The notes under the pieces were generated by a model. It saw nothing but the letters and a program-made list of their open reading frames with translations. It searched no databases and had not been told where the DNA came from. From the sequence record NC_071039.1: 64,000 bases of DNA; one strand, 5' to 3'. Positions 9,629 to 19,228 of this stretch are shown piece after piece; the first letter of the stretch is position 1, and each line of letters begins with the position of its first letter. A program made the position numbers and the translations under genes.

Positions 9629-10615
9629 ATGGCTTCTCTTGCTGAACTACGTCAAAAATTAAAAGATCAAGAAACAAAACGTGGCACAAAATCATCTGGC
9701 AGTGCAGATAAAAGTAATTTCCCATTCTGGGACATGAATGAAAACGACAGTGCTACTGTAAGATTTCTTCCTGATGCAAACACTGATAATACCTTTTTCT
9801 GGGTAGAAAAACAACAAATTAAAATTCCATTTAGTGGCATTGTAGGTATGAATAGTAAACCTACAGTTGTTACTGTACCGTGTGTAGAAATGTGGGGGGA
9901 ATCTTGCCCTATTCATCAAGAAATCCGTCCGTGGTTTAAAGATCCTTCGTTAGAGAAATTAGCGCGTACTTATTGGAAGAAACGTTCTTATATTTTCCAA
10001 GGACTTGTTCGTAAGTCGCCTCTGGTAGAACAAGAACTACCAGAGAATCCTATTCGCAAATTTACATTCGGAAGTCAGATTTTTAATCTAGTTAAATCGT
10101 CTCTATTAGACCCCGAAATGGAAAACATTCCCACTGATTATTTAAATGGCACTGATTTCCAGATAACTAAATTAATGAAGGGCCAATATGCTGATTACGC
10201 TACATCTAAATGGGCAAGGAAAGAATCTTCGTTAACTGAAGAAGAATTCCAGGCAATCCAAACATATGGTCTGTATGATTTAAGTAAATTTTTACCTGCT
10301 AAACCTGATGCAGAAGCATTAGCTGCTATATTCGAGATGTTCGAAGAATCGGTAGAAGGTAAAGAATATGATCCGCAGCGTTGGGGGAAATACTATCGCC
10401 CTTACGGGGTTGAAGTTCCTACTAATACTTCCGTAAGTGTACCTGTATCTAAACCAGAACCTAAGACTACAGTATCTAGTTCTTCAGTTATAGAAGATGA
10501 TAACGATGATCTTCCTTGGGAAGATACTACTAAACCTGTAGAGCCTGTCAAATCTGCTTCTAATGCGCAAGATATAATTGCGCTCATCCGCGCCCGCCAA
10601 AACAGCGGCAACTAA
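9629..10615 (+). CDS. Single-stranded DNA-binding protein (T4 gp32-like)
   Basis: VRFLPD..., VPC.EMWGE.CP, YWKKRSY, YADY..SKW motifs; acidic C-terminal tail. Confidence 0.92.
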   Translation: MASLAELRQKLKDQETKRGTKSSGSADKSNFPFWDMNENDSATVRFLPDANTDNTFFWVEKQQIKIPFSGIVGMNSKPTVVTVPCVEMWGESCPIHQEIRPWFKDPSLEKLARTYWKKRSYIFQGLVRKSPLVEQELPENPIRKFTFGSQIFNLVKSSLLDPEMENIPTDYLNGTDFQITKLMKGQYADYATSKWARKESSLTEEEFQAIQTYGLYDLSKFLPAKPDAEALAAIFEMFEESVEGKEYDPQRWGKYYRPYGVEVPTNTSVSVPVSKPEPKTTVSSSSVIEDDNDDLPWEDTTKPVEPVKSASNAQDIIALIRARQNSGN

Positions 10616-10618
10616 ATA

Positions 10619-10648
10619 GGGAGAGGGGATCGCTGATCCCCTCTCTTT
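10619..10648 (+). terminator. Intrinsic terminator
   Basis: GAGAGGGGATC-gct-GATCCCCTCTC-TTT. Confidence 0.8.
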
Positions 10649-10721
10649 AATATAACCTAAAATAGCCAAAAAGTACAACTACAATGTTGGAAGGACGGCA
10701 GTATTATAAAAAGGACATTTT

Positions 10722-10967
10722 ATGACAAAACCATTCGATATTTCTAAATTTAGAAAAGATATTACTAAAAGTATTACAGGCATTAGTACAGGATTTAATG
10801 ACCCAACTATTTGGATTAGTACCGGCAACTATACTCTTAATTATCTCATTAGTAGCGACTTTAATAAAGGCGTACCTATGGGTAAAGTAACTATGTTTGC
10901 CGGCGAGTCGGGTTGTTTGCCTGAAACTGCTAAAGTGAAAATTAGACTATCTAAGAAGCAATCTTAA
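10722..10967 (+). CDS. uvsX: UvsX/RecA N-extein (64 aa) fused to a 17-aa split-intein N fragment
   Basis: RecA-like ISTGN..LN..IS...GVP.GKVT.FAGESG, then intein block A CLPETAKVKIRL from 10914; TAA stop. Confidence 0.9.
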   Translation: MTKPFDISKFRKDITKSITGISTGFNDPTIWISTGNYTLNYLISSDFNKGVPMGKVTMFAGESGCLPETAKVKIRLSKKQS

Positions 10968-10976
10968 CTGTCCAGT

Positions 10977-11016
10977 GTCTCCGTCGAGGATAAATACTTT
11001 TATCTAAAACGGAGAC
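10977..11016 (+). promoter_or_regulatory. SD-sequestering hairpin with internal late promoter
   Basis: GTCTCCGT 10977-10984 / ACGGAGAC 11009-11016 covers GGAG; inner GATAAA/TTTATC stem; ATAAATA at 10990-10996. Confidence 0.8.
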
Positions 11017-11019
11017 TTT

Positions 11020-12453
11020 ATGGGAAATTACAATGTTCTTTCTACAAAAAACTTTAAGAAGCTATGTAATGAGTTAAACATAGTAACGATATCAGAAAAG
11101 TACATTTCTGATATACGTAAGATAGAAGATTCTGCTAAGAGCAAAGTGGATTCTGCATCTCAGCGTATGATATTAACTATGATAACTGTGAAAGTTCCCG
11201 ACTTATATGATGCATATAACAGATACTATCAGCTCAGAACAGATGGTATTAGTACAAAAACTCAAGACAGTATTTCTTATATTTTTGGAAAAGACTTCCT
11301 CGAATCTGTTAATTTACTAATCAGTAATAGATATAAAACTGCATTCCGTAAAGGAATGACAGTGGAAGAGGCATTTATAACACGTAATAAAGACTTTTCC
11401 AATAATGGTGTGTATTATAACCAGATGACTGATAAGCAAAAGAAACGTTTATCATTATTGCTTAGTGTGTATACACCAGAAAGGTTGGAGTTTTATAAAA
11501 AGACAATTTCGTTTTTTATTAAGTTAGATTTGACTAATTATGCAGGAAGAATGAAAAGACTGATGAAACTGGGATCTAGTACGTCTTTATATGCTAGCGT
11601 ATTACGGTATGGTAAATCTGTCGGAAAAAGCACACATTCATCTGTATCTGCGGTAAAGAGAAACTATTTGCCTACTTCGATACAATATTGGATGGCAAAG
11701 GGGTTTGATGAAGATACTGCATTAGTGAAGATAAACGAACATCAACAGAAAGCAAGTGCCATGTCTTCCAAAAAACTAAAAGGCACTAGCGAATACTCTG
11801 TTCGATCAGTTGCATATTGGATTAAAAACGGGTATAGCGAAGAAGAGGCAAAAGGGAAAGTATCTAATATACAGAATACTTGGAAAAATGTATCTCAAGA
11901 AGAGCGTGATCGAAGAATAGAATCGTGGATGACTACAATGAGTCTTAAAACAGACGAGGAGAAATCTTTGATAAACCTTAAAAAAACTCACAGCCCGGAA
12001 GGGATAATGGCAAGGACAAATTGCGATTATGATATTGCATTTAAGCAAAGCGTTGATTTTTTTAAGAAACGAAATAATTCTTCTAAAGTATCTCAAGAAC
12101 TATTTTGGGGAATTGCCGAGGATATCGATACCGATGGAGTTTACTTTTCTGAACTAAACTACGAATACCCTGTTATGGGGAAAATAGTAGATTTCTATGA
12201 TTCTAAAAGCAAAACAGTAATCGAATTTTATGGAAACTTTTGGCATGCAGATAGTACATATACTGATGACACACTGATATATGGAAAAACTGCTAAAGAA
12301 ATAAGAGAATCGGACATTTACAGAGAAACGTTAATTAGATCATCTGATTTGGTTAGTGATTTTATAGTAGTTTGGGAAAAGGACTTTAGGAAGAATCCGA
12401 AAGAAACAATTAAAAATTTAGTTAATATTTTAAATAATAAAAGGAAATTTTAA
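11020..12453 (+). mobile_element. Free-standing homing endonuclease (Vsr-like/EDxHD-type) between split-intein halves
   Basis: C-terminal VDFYD...VIEFYGNFWHAD...IVVWEKDF; repeated YW..KG..E..A modules; position inside recA. Confidence 0.8.
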
Positions 12454-12456
12454 TAA

Positions 12457-13728
12457 ATGGAATACATCGAAAAGGAAGTAACAGTTAGTGAACTGAAGTC
12501 TCTCTACAGTAGTAATGAATACGAAATTGAGTTAGACACACCAGATGGCTGGCAAAAACTGGGATCTTGGTTCGATAAAGGCCCTCTTAGTATGGTGACG
12601 GTAGAAACGCAGGATGGGTTAGTTACTAGATGTGCAGTAAACCATATGATCGAAGTGGTAGACGGATCGGAAACTTTTTGGACACTTGCAAAAGACTTGT
12701 ACGAAGGCCAACAAGTGCTTACTGTAAACGGTGTCTCAACAATTAGTTCTGTAACTGAAAGTGGCATCGAAGAATGTTTCGATTTCGAAATACTCCACGA
12801 AAATCATCGTTACTATGGTGATGGATTCTCTTCTCACAATAGTGGCAAATCGTATATAGTATCAGGAAACATTGTAAAAGATGCACAAGAAAAGGGAATT
12901 TTTGTTGTATTACTTGATTCAGAAAATGCACTCGACGAATCTTGGTTACATGCACTAGGTGTGGACACCGGACCGGAAAAAATGTTACGCATCTCTGTAT
13001 CGATGATAGATGATGTAGCAAAAATTATTAGTGATTTTGTTAAAGATTACAAGACTAATTATGCCGAACTACCTAACAATGATCGACCAAAGGTGCTTTT
13101 TGTTATTGACTCGCTCGGAATGTTATTGACACCAACGGAAACTGCACAATTTCAAAATGGTGATATGAAAGGAGATATGGGCAGGAAAGCAAAACAATTA
13201 AAAGCATTGATTTCTAACTGTACAAATATGTTCGGCAACTTAGACATAGGCCTTGTTTGTACTAACCATACATATGCATCTCAAGATTTATTTCAGCCTG
13301 ACGCTGTAATTTCGGGTGGCAGCGGCGCAGTCTATGCCGCGTCAATTGTAGTGGCAATGCAAAAGTTAAAGTTAAAAGAAGACGAAGCAGGTAATAAAAT
13401 TTCTGAAGTAGCTGGTATTCGTGCAGTATGCAAAGTTGTAAAATCTCGATATGCAAAGCCGTTTGAGACAGTAAAAGTAAATATTCCATATGATACAGGT
13501 ATGAGTCCAATATCAGGTCTATTTGACTTGTTTGAAAAAACAGGTAAACTTGTAAAACAAGGCAATAGATATAAGTACATAACCAAAGATGGTACCGAAA
13601 TGCTGTATTATAGGAAAGAATGGAATGATTACGATAAACTAAAAGTAATTATGAATGAATTTACAGACGAAGACCTAGGCAATGTCGTAGAAGTGGAAGA
13701 GGGTCATTTAGAAGAGTTCGATGAATAA
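12457..13728 (+). CDS. uvsX: 128-aa split-intein C fragment fused to UvsX/RecA C-extein (295 aa)
   Basis: Block B-like CAVNH, block F CFDFEI, terminal HN|S (Asn 12838-12840), then SGKS, DSENA, VIDSLG, NHTY, SGG RecA motifs. Confidence 0.92.
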   Translation: MEYIEKEVTVSELKSLYSSNEYEIELDTPDGWQKLGSWFDKGPLSMVTVETQDGLVTRCAVNHMIEVVDGSETFWTLAKDLYEGQQVLTVNGVSTISSVTESGIEECFDFEILHENHRYYGDGFSSHNSGKSYIVSGNIVKDAQEKGIFVVLLDSENALDESWLHALGVDTGPEKMLRISVSMIDDVAKIISDFVKDYKTNYAELPNNDRPKVLFVIDSLGMLLTPTETAQFQNGDMKGDMGRKAKQLKALISNCTNMFGNLDIGLVCTNHTYASQDLFQPDAVISGGSGAVYAASIVVAMQKLKLKEDEAGNKISEVAGIRAVCKVVKSRYAKPFETVKVNIPYDTGMSPISGLFDLFEKTGKLVKQGNRYKYITKDGTEMLYYRKEWNDYDKLKVIMNEFTDEDLGNVVEVEEGHLEEFDE

Positions 13729-15556
13729 ATTATGCGAAACAGATCGTATTAATATTATCAAATTACACTTCGATGATTTAAAATCTGTATCTGAATTAAA
13801 GCAAATATACGGAGTCTCTTATGATGTCATTAAAACCATCATAAGAGATGAAACGAATCGTCTACCGTTACAAGAAACTGATATAAAAATTTTGAAATTT
13901 AAAAAACTTGTTTCAAAGGAGTTGTTATTTGAATTACATGTAATTAAAAAACAATCATTTAATGAAATAAGAAAGACTTATAAGATTAATGAACTTCATT
14001 TAAAACAAGTGTTTAATGATTACGGAATACCAATTGAAAAGTGTTTATATACTGCTACTAACAAGAAGCGTAAAACAAAAAAGCCTGAAGATTTTACTAA
14101 AGACTTTTTCGAACACTTAGTATATAACGAAAGACGAACAATTAGTTGGATAAAAAATAATTATAACTTTAATTATGAAGAACTAAAACATCATTTAACA
14201 CATTTAAAAATCGATTATACTAATTCGTTGCCACCTGCTGTAAAACATCAACAAGATAAAATATCTAGAGAAACCCTAGCAGAAGAATTAAAAATTAAAT
14301 CTATTGTTGATATAATAAATGAATACGGAATTTCGAGAACTTATGTAGAAAGCGTTATAAAAGAATACAATATACAGTATTTTACAAAACCGAAACATTC
14401 TATATTAAGTGGTAAAGAATCAGAAATTTATCGGATGTATTATGATGAATGTATGACTACATACCAAATAGCAGAAAAATTGGGAGTATGTCAATACACC
14501 ATATGGAAAATAATGGCAGATAACGGATGGAAAACACGAGAACCGATTAAAAAAATTGATTTGATTTGGAATGATATAAAAGAAGAAGTTGTTAAATTAA
14601 TAGACAACGGTTATACATTAGCTGCTTTATGTGAAAAATACGAAATAACATCTATTACTGAAAAGTTAATAGAAGAAGGTATAAAATATACAAAGGGAAA
14701 TATTTCTTCTGGTCATGCAGAAATATCTGAATATGTGCGTTCATTGGGATTTAATGTAATCGACAATGATCGTACTATTATATTTCCGCGAGAAATTGAT
14801 ATTTTTATTCCCGAACTTAACATAGGAATAGAATACAACGGATTATATTTTCATAGCACACGAACAGAAGGAAATGTAACAAAGCATAGAGAAAAATATA
14901 GCATATGTAAACAAAAAGGTATTCGTTTAATACAAATTTTTGAAGATGAATTTATTCATAAGAAAGAACTAGTAAAGAGAAAATTAGCACACATTTTAGG
15001 AAAATCTAATAATAAATGCTATGCAAGAAATTGTATAGTTAAAGAAATAACGGTAGCAGATAAACGAAATTTCTTTAAAAAATATCACATACAAGAAGAT
15101 TCTGCATCCTCATATGCATATGGACTATATTATGATAACGAATTAGTTTGTGCTATGTCTTTTCTTAAAAAGAAGAAATGTACAGAATTAGTTAGATATG
15201 CATCTTCTATGCACGTGATAGGCGGATTTTCTAAGTTGTTGAAATATTGTATTAATAATAACAAAATAGATGTTATAAACACATATGCTGATCTCAGATG
15301 GTCGAATCCGACAAATAATGTATATGTAAACAATGGGTTTGATATACTGTATGAGACTGATTTTAATTACACTTATGTGAGTAAAGAGGATTTTTCAAAA
15401 AGGCTTAATAGGCAAAAATTTATGAAACACAAGTTGAAAAACATTTTATCAGATTTCGATAAATCATTAACAGAAGAAGAGAATATGAAAAATAATGGAT
15501 TTTATCGAGTATACGATGCTGGCCATTTAAAATTGCAATATAAGGTTAATAAATGA
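13721..15556 (+). mobile_element. Free-standing Hef-like homing endonuclease with multiple HTH modules
   Basis: HTH-like repeats (MTTYQIAEKLGVCQYTI); EIDIFIPELNIGIEYNGLYFHS nuclease; C-terminal ELVRYAS...GGFSKLL...YADLRWS...YDAG. Confidence 0.7.
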
Positions 15557-15753
15557 TTACAGATGTTGAAGCAATAAATGAAATTTGGGCTGCCGTGCGA
15601 CCATATATTAAGTCATCTGAGCGCATTCATGCAGCGGATGCGTTTATAGAAGTTTTAGATGAATACGGAATGCTTGATGTAGATATTCAAATGTTTGAAA
15701 AAGAACTTAAAATAGCAGCAAAAACACATTTAGGTGAAGCAGATGACGACTAA
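15553..15753 (+). CDS. Small hypothetical protein
   Basis: 66 aa, coupled to neighbours. Confidence 0.55.
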   Translation: MITDVEAINEIWAAVRPYIKSSERIHAADAFIEVLDEYGMLDVDIQMFEKELKIAAKTHLGEADDD

Positions 15754-16069
15754 TTTAGAATTTAGTGACGAATTTCTATCAACTGTATCGTCGTTGAAAG
15801 CCAATATAACATCCAAAAATAAAGATGCTGTTATAGAACAATTAGACAAATTGTTAGATATGGTAACAAAAGATATGAATGCGGTTATATGGGTAATACA
15901 ACCCGAAAATATTAATAACCTACATATACTATGTTCTGATTCATTTAATATTCCTATTAGTCAGTTTAGACTAAAACGAAGAATACCGTCAAAATCTCAA
16001 CGAGCTCATTTATTTTTAAAAGTAATTAGGATTGCACTTGCTGGGAAAGAAAATGAACAATTGGTATAA
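15743..16069 (+). CDS. Hypothetical protein
   Basis: ~108 aa ORF; start uncertain (15734 GTG or 15743 ATG). Confidence 0.5.
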   Translation: MTTNLEFSDEFLSTVSSLKANITSKNKDAVIEQLDKLLDMVTKDMNAVIWVIQPENINNLHILCSDSFNIPISQFRLKRRIPSKSQRAHLFLKVIRIALAGKENEQLV

Positions 16070-16517
16070 CATTGTCTATGCAGATTTATCTAAGATACCT
16101 GATTTCATTTCTTTTTTTGAAAAAGAAATAGATATTTCTAAGTCTACAGAAATGTCTTTAAAGGGTAAAACTTTAGAGAAACATTGCGCAGAGTTGCCGG
16201 GCATAGTGGAGAATAGATTTGCACAGCTTCAAGAAATTGAAGCTGTACTAGAATTACTTAACATTCAGTATAAACAAGAAAAAAGCGACAGATTTAAATT
16301 TTATCTACAGCAATTTCCTAAAGCACTCTCTTCTAGGGATGCAGAGAAATATGCAGAAGGAGATCCACTTGTAGTAAACAGGGCAATATTAGTTAATGAA
16401 GTTGCATTGCTAAGAAACAAATATCTTTCGCTAATGAAGGGTTTAGATTCTAAGAATTGGATGGTAGGCCACATAGTTAAACTTCGTTGTGCAGGACTAG
16501 ACGACGCACAAATTTAA
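16053..16517 (+). CDS. uvsY: Recombination mediator UvsY
   Basis: RF.QLQEIEAVL, LSSRDAEKY..GD, KGLDSK.W motifs; lies between uvsX and uvsW. Confidence 0.8.
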   Translation: MNNWYNIVYADLSKIPDFISFFEKEIDISKSTEMSLKGKTLEKHCAELPGIVENRFAQLQEIEAVLELLNIQYKQEKSDRFKFYLQQFPKALSSRDAEKYAEGDPLVVNRAILVNEVALLRNKYLSLMKGLDSKNWMVGHIVKLRCAGLDDAQI

Positions 16518-16529
16518 ATAGGATTCGTA

Positions 16530-17981
16530 ATGGCAAAGGATTGCAAATTAGTAATAAAAGATGAAGTAAATATTGCATTTACTGGACTTGATATAAACAC
16601 TCGTAGAAAACTATCTGATTCGTTAAAATTCTTTTTACCTCATGCAAGACACCAACCTGCATACAAGTTAGGTAGATGGGATGGATGTATTAGGTATTGT
16701 GATATAGCCGGACGTTCGTATCTTAATTTTTTAGATATACTTATTCCTATTGTAGAAAATAGTGGTTATTATATAACTATAGAAGATAATAGACAACCGT
16801 TTTCGTGTAATTTTGAACCAATAGATGCTAACTCATATTCTCATCTTACTTGGCCTGTAGGACATCAATATGAAGGGCAGAATATTGTTCTACGGGATTA
16901 TCAAGTAGAGGCAGTGAATAATTACTTAGCTAATACACAGAGTATAGCAACATTGCCTACTGGTTTTGGAAAAACATTAGTTACTGCTGCATTAGCACAT
17001 AAAGTAGAAAAGTATGGAAGAACAATAACAATTGTTCCGTCTAAAGACTTAGTTACCCAAACGGAACGGGATTTTAAAAACTTCGGATTAGATACTGGCG
17101 TTTATTTCGGAGATAGAAAAGAATTAGGCAAAACTCACACTATAGTTACCTGGCAAAGTATTGAAGCTATTTATAAACAAAGTAAAGCAGACGAAAATGC
17201 ATTGACATTAGAAGAATTCATTGAAGGGGTAGTAGCAGTAGTAGTCGATGAAGCACATACCATTAAGGGTCAATCATTAAAAGAACATTTAACTTCTACA
17301 TTTGCTAATGTTCCCATTCGATGGGCTATGACAGGAACCATACCGGAAGAGGAACACGCCGCGGCTGCCCTTATTGCATGCATAGGTCCTGTTACAAAAA
17401 CTGTGAAAGCAAAAGAATTGCAAGAAGCAGGAATACTTAGTGAATTGCACATAGAAGTCCTACAATTAAACGATTATCATACTTCACATCCGAACTATGC
17501 AGCCGAATTAAAATTTCTTACTACAGACCCTACTCGTTTAAAATGGCTAGCCGAACATATAAAATCTCAAGAAGGCAATACGTTAGTGTTAGTTGATAGG
17601 CTGTCGAGCGGAGAAGAACTTCTTAAGCATATACCTAATGCTGCATTTGTTAAAGGTGATTTAAAAAGTAAGGACAGAAGAACTGAATATAAATCAGTTA
17701 CATCAGATACAGATAAAATTATTATAGCAACCTTTGGGGTTGCATCTACTGGTATTGATATACCATACATACATAATGTATATTTATTAGAACCGGGGAA
17801 GTCTTTTATTAGGGTAATTCAGTCTATCGGTCGCGGTCTACGCAAGGCACCTGGAAAAGACTATGTATCTGTATTTGATATTACTTCTGTTGCAAAATAT
17901 TCTGCAAGGCATTTAACTAAAAGGAAAAAATTCTATAAAGAAGCAGAATATCCATTTTCTGTGAAAAAAATAGATTATTAA
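16530..17981 (+). CDS. uvsW: SF2 helicase UvsW
   Basis: LRDYQ, TGFGKT, VDEAH, TGT, QSIGRGLR. Confidence 0.9.
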   Translation: MAKDCKLVIKDEVNIAFTGLDINTRRKLSDSLKFFLPHARHQPAYKLGRWDGCIRYCDIAGRSYLNFLDILIPIVENSGYYITIEDNRQPFSCNFEPIDANSYSHLTWPVGHQYEGQNIVLRDYQVEAVNNYLANTQSIATLPTGFGKTLVTAALAHKVEKYGRTITIVPSKDLVTQTERDFKNFGLDTGVYFGDRKELGKTHTIVTWQSIEAIYKQSKADENALTLEEFIEGVVAVVVDEAHTIKGQSLKEHLTSTFANVPIRWAMTGTIPEEEHAAAALIACIGPVTKTVKAKELQEAGILSELHIEVLQLNDYHTSHPNYAAELKFLTTDPTRLKWLAEHIKSQEGNTLVLVDRLSSGEELLKHIPNAAFVKGDLKSKDRRTEYKSVTSDTDKIIIATFGVASTGIDIPYIHNVYLLEPGKSFIRVIQSIGRGLRKAPGKDYVSVFDITSVAKYSARHLTKRKKFYKEAEYPFSVKKIDY

Positions 17982-17982
17982 T

Positions 17983-18234
17983 ATGAATTTTTATCAAGAC
18001 GGAATTTATATAAAATTAGATGCAGATTTAAATGAACAATCGAACTTATTTAAATTAAAATCAGAATTATATGTACATTCGTATCCTACCCCTGATTTTT
18101 ATAGATATACCAAAAATGGTAAAACCATGTTAGGAGTAGTATATATCGGTTCATTAGAAACTGTATTTCTTAATATTATTAGCGGAGACTTTGACAAAGA
18201 AAAATTTTGTGCTATAATAGAAAAATACAAATAA
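17983..18234 (+). CDS. Hypothetical protein
   Basis: 83-aa ORF in operon. Confidence 0.5.
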   Translation: MNFYQDGIYIKLDADLNEQSNLFKLKSELYVHSYPTPDFYRYTKNGKTMLGVVYIGSLETVFLNIISGDFDKEKFCAIIEKYK

Positions 18235-18244
18235 AGGTGTAATT

Positions 18245-18748
18245 TTGAAAATTTTATTAACCGAAAATGAATCATACGAATTAGATAGAGTCCCAGACGA
18301 CATAGAGGATATACGGTATTGTATATTAGATTGTAATGATAAATCTAATGTAGATTTTTACTTTTTGCCTCTTATATTTTTAGAAAGTTTTTATTCTCCC
18401 GCAGTTGTCCTTAAGATAGGAAAGTACAGTATACAAATGCCGTTAGATTGGTCTATACTAGTATGCGACGAAGAATATTCTGATCTAGAAGTAGTACCAC
18501 TTACTAGTCTAAATGATAGGGGGTTTCATACAATAGTATTTAATCCACTAAAACACATGGTGCCTGTTCCTTCTGAAATAACAATAACTAGTGTATTTAC
18601 TGAAGTAAAATGGTATTTCCCTAAATTAAAAAGTGGTGCTGTCCTAGTTATTCCTTTAGAAGACGGACCTAATCCGAATTGTGCATTGTTTGTAAAAGAA
18701 GGGAATAAAATTCCTGATCCTATAGATATAGCAGAGTTATTTAAATAA
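18245..18748 (+). CDS. Conserved beta-rich hypothetical protein
   Basis: 167 aa, TTG start after AAGG, in replication operon. Confidence 0.6.
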   Translation: MKILLTENESYELDRVPDDIEDIRYCILDCNDKSNVDFYFLPLIFLESFYSPAVVLKIGKYSIQMPLDWSILVCDEEYSDLEVVPLTSLNDRGFHTIVFNPLKHMVPVPSEITITSVFTEVKWYFPKLKSGAVLVIPLEDGPNPNCALFVKEGNKIPDPIDIAELFK

Positions 18749-19215
18749 TGGCAGAAGAAAGCATTTTACCGCTTTGGATGGAATTACAAGCATTAGATTA
18801 TAATGATAGAGATTTTTATGACAAGTTAACTGATGAACAGAAGAAAGTATTTTCATCGTGGATTATAATGAGATATTCTAGTAATATAATCGGTGATAAT
18901 GCAGATTGGGGTCTTATAATGACCAATGATATTGTAAATGTGGATTTTTCATTAATGTACAAGCATCCTAAACTGCAATGGATGCTATTGTCGTTGTGTG
19001 GAACTGGAAGAAAAGAACAACGTAAATGGATTGCCCCAAATAAAAAGAAAAAAAAGAATCCGAGGAAAGAATTTATTTTTAAAATTCATCCAAACGCAAA
19101 AGATGATGAAATTGATATGCTTGCAGATTTGTACACTGATGCAGAATTAAAAGATATTATGTTATCCTACGGATATGAAGATAAAGAAATAAAAGATATT
19201 TTAAAGAAGAAATAA
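18748..19215 (+). CDS. Clamp loader small subunit (T4 gp62-like)
   Basis: F..WIIMRY.S, N..VN, KHPKLQW.LL, KW pattern. Confidence 0.6.
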   Translation: MAEESILPLWMELQALDYNDRDFYDKLTDEQKKVFSSWIIMRYSSNIIGDNADWGLIMTNDIVNVDFSLMYKHPKLQWMLLSLCGTGRKEQRKWIAPNKKKKKNPRKEFIFKIHPNAKDDEIDMLADLYTDAELKDIMLSYGYEDKEIKDILKKK

Positions 19216-19228
19216 TTCTAGTAAGTAT

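Noticed and set aside
10967-12457. Group I intron or frameshift explanation for the broken recA
   Set aside because: Both junctions carry protein-splicing motifs (Cys at +1 of IntN, His-Asn-Ser at the end of IntC) and each piece has its own start and stop; I saw no intron core, though no covariance search was run.
18245-18748. Stand-alone Hint/intein-like domain
   Set aside because: The beta-rich pattern is faintly intein-like, but there is no N-terminal Cys/Ser, block B His or terminal Asn/Gln.
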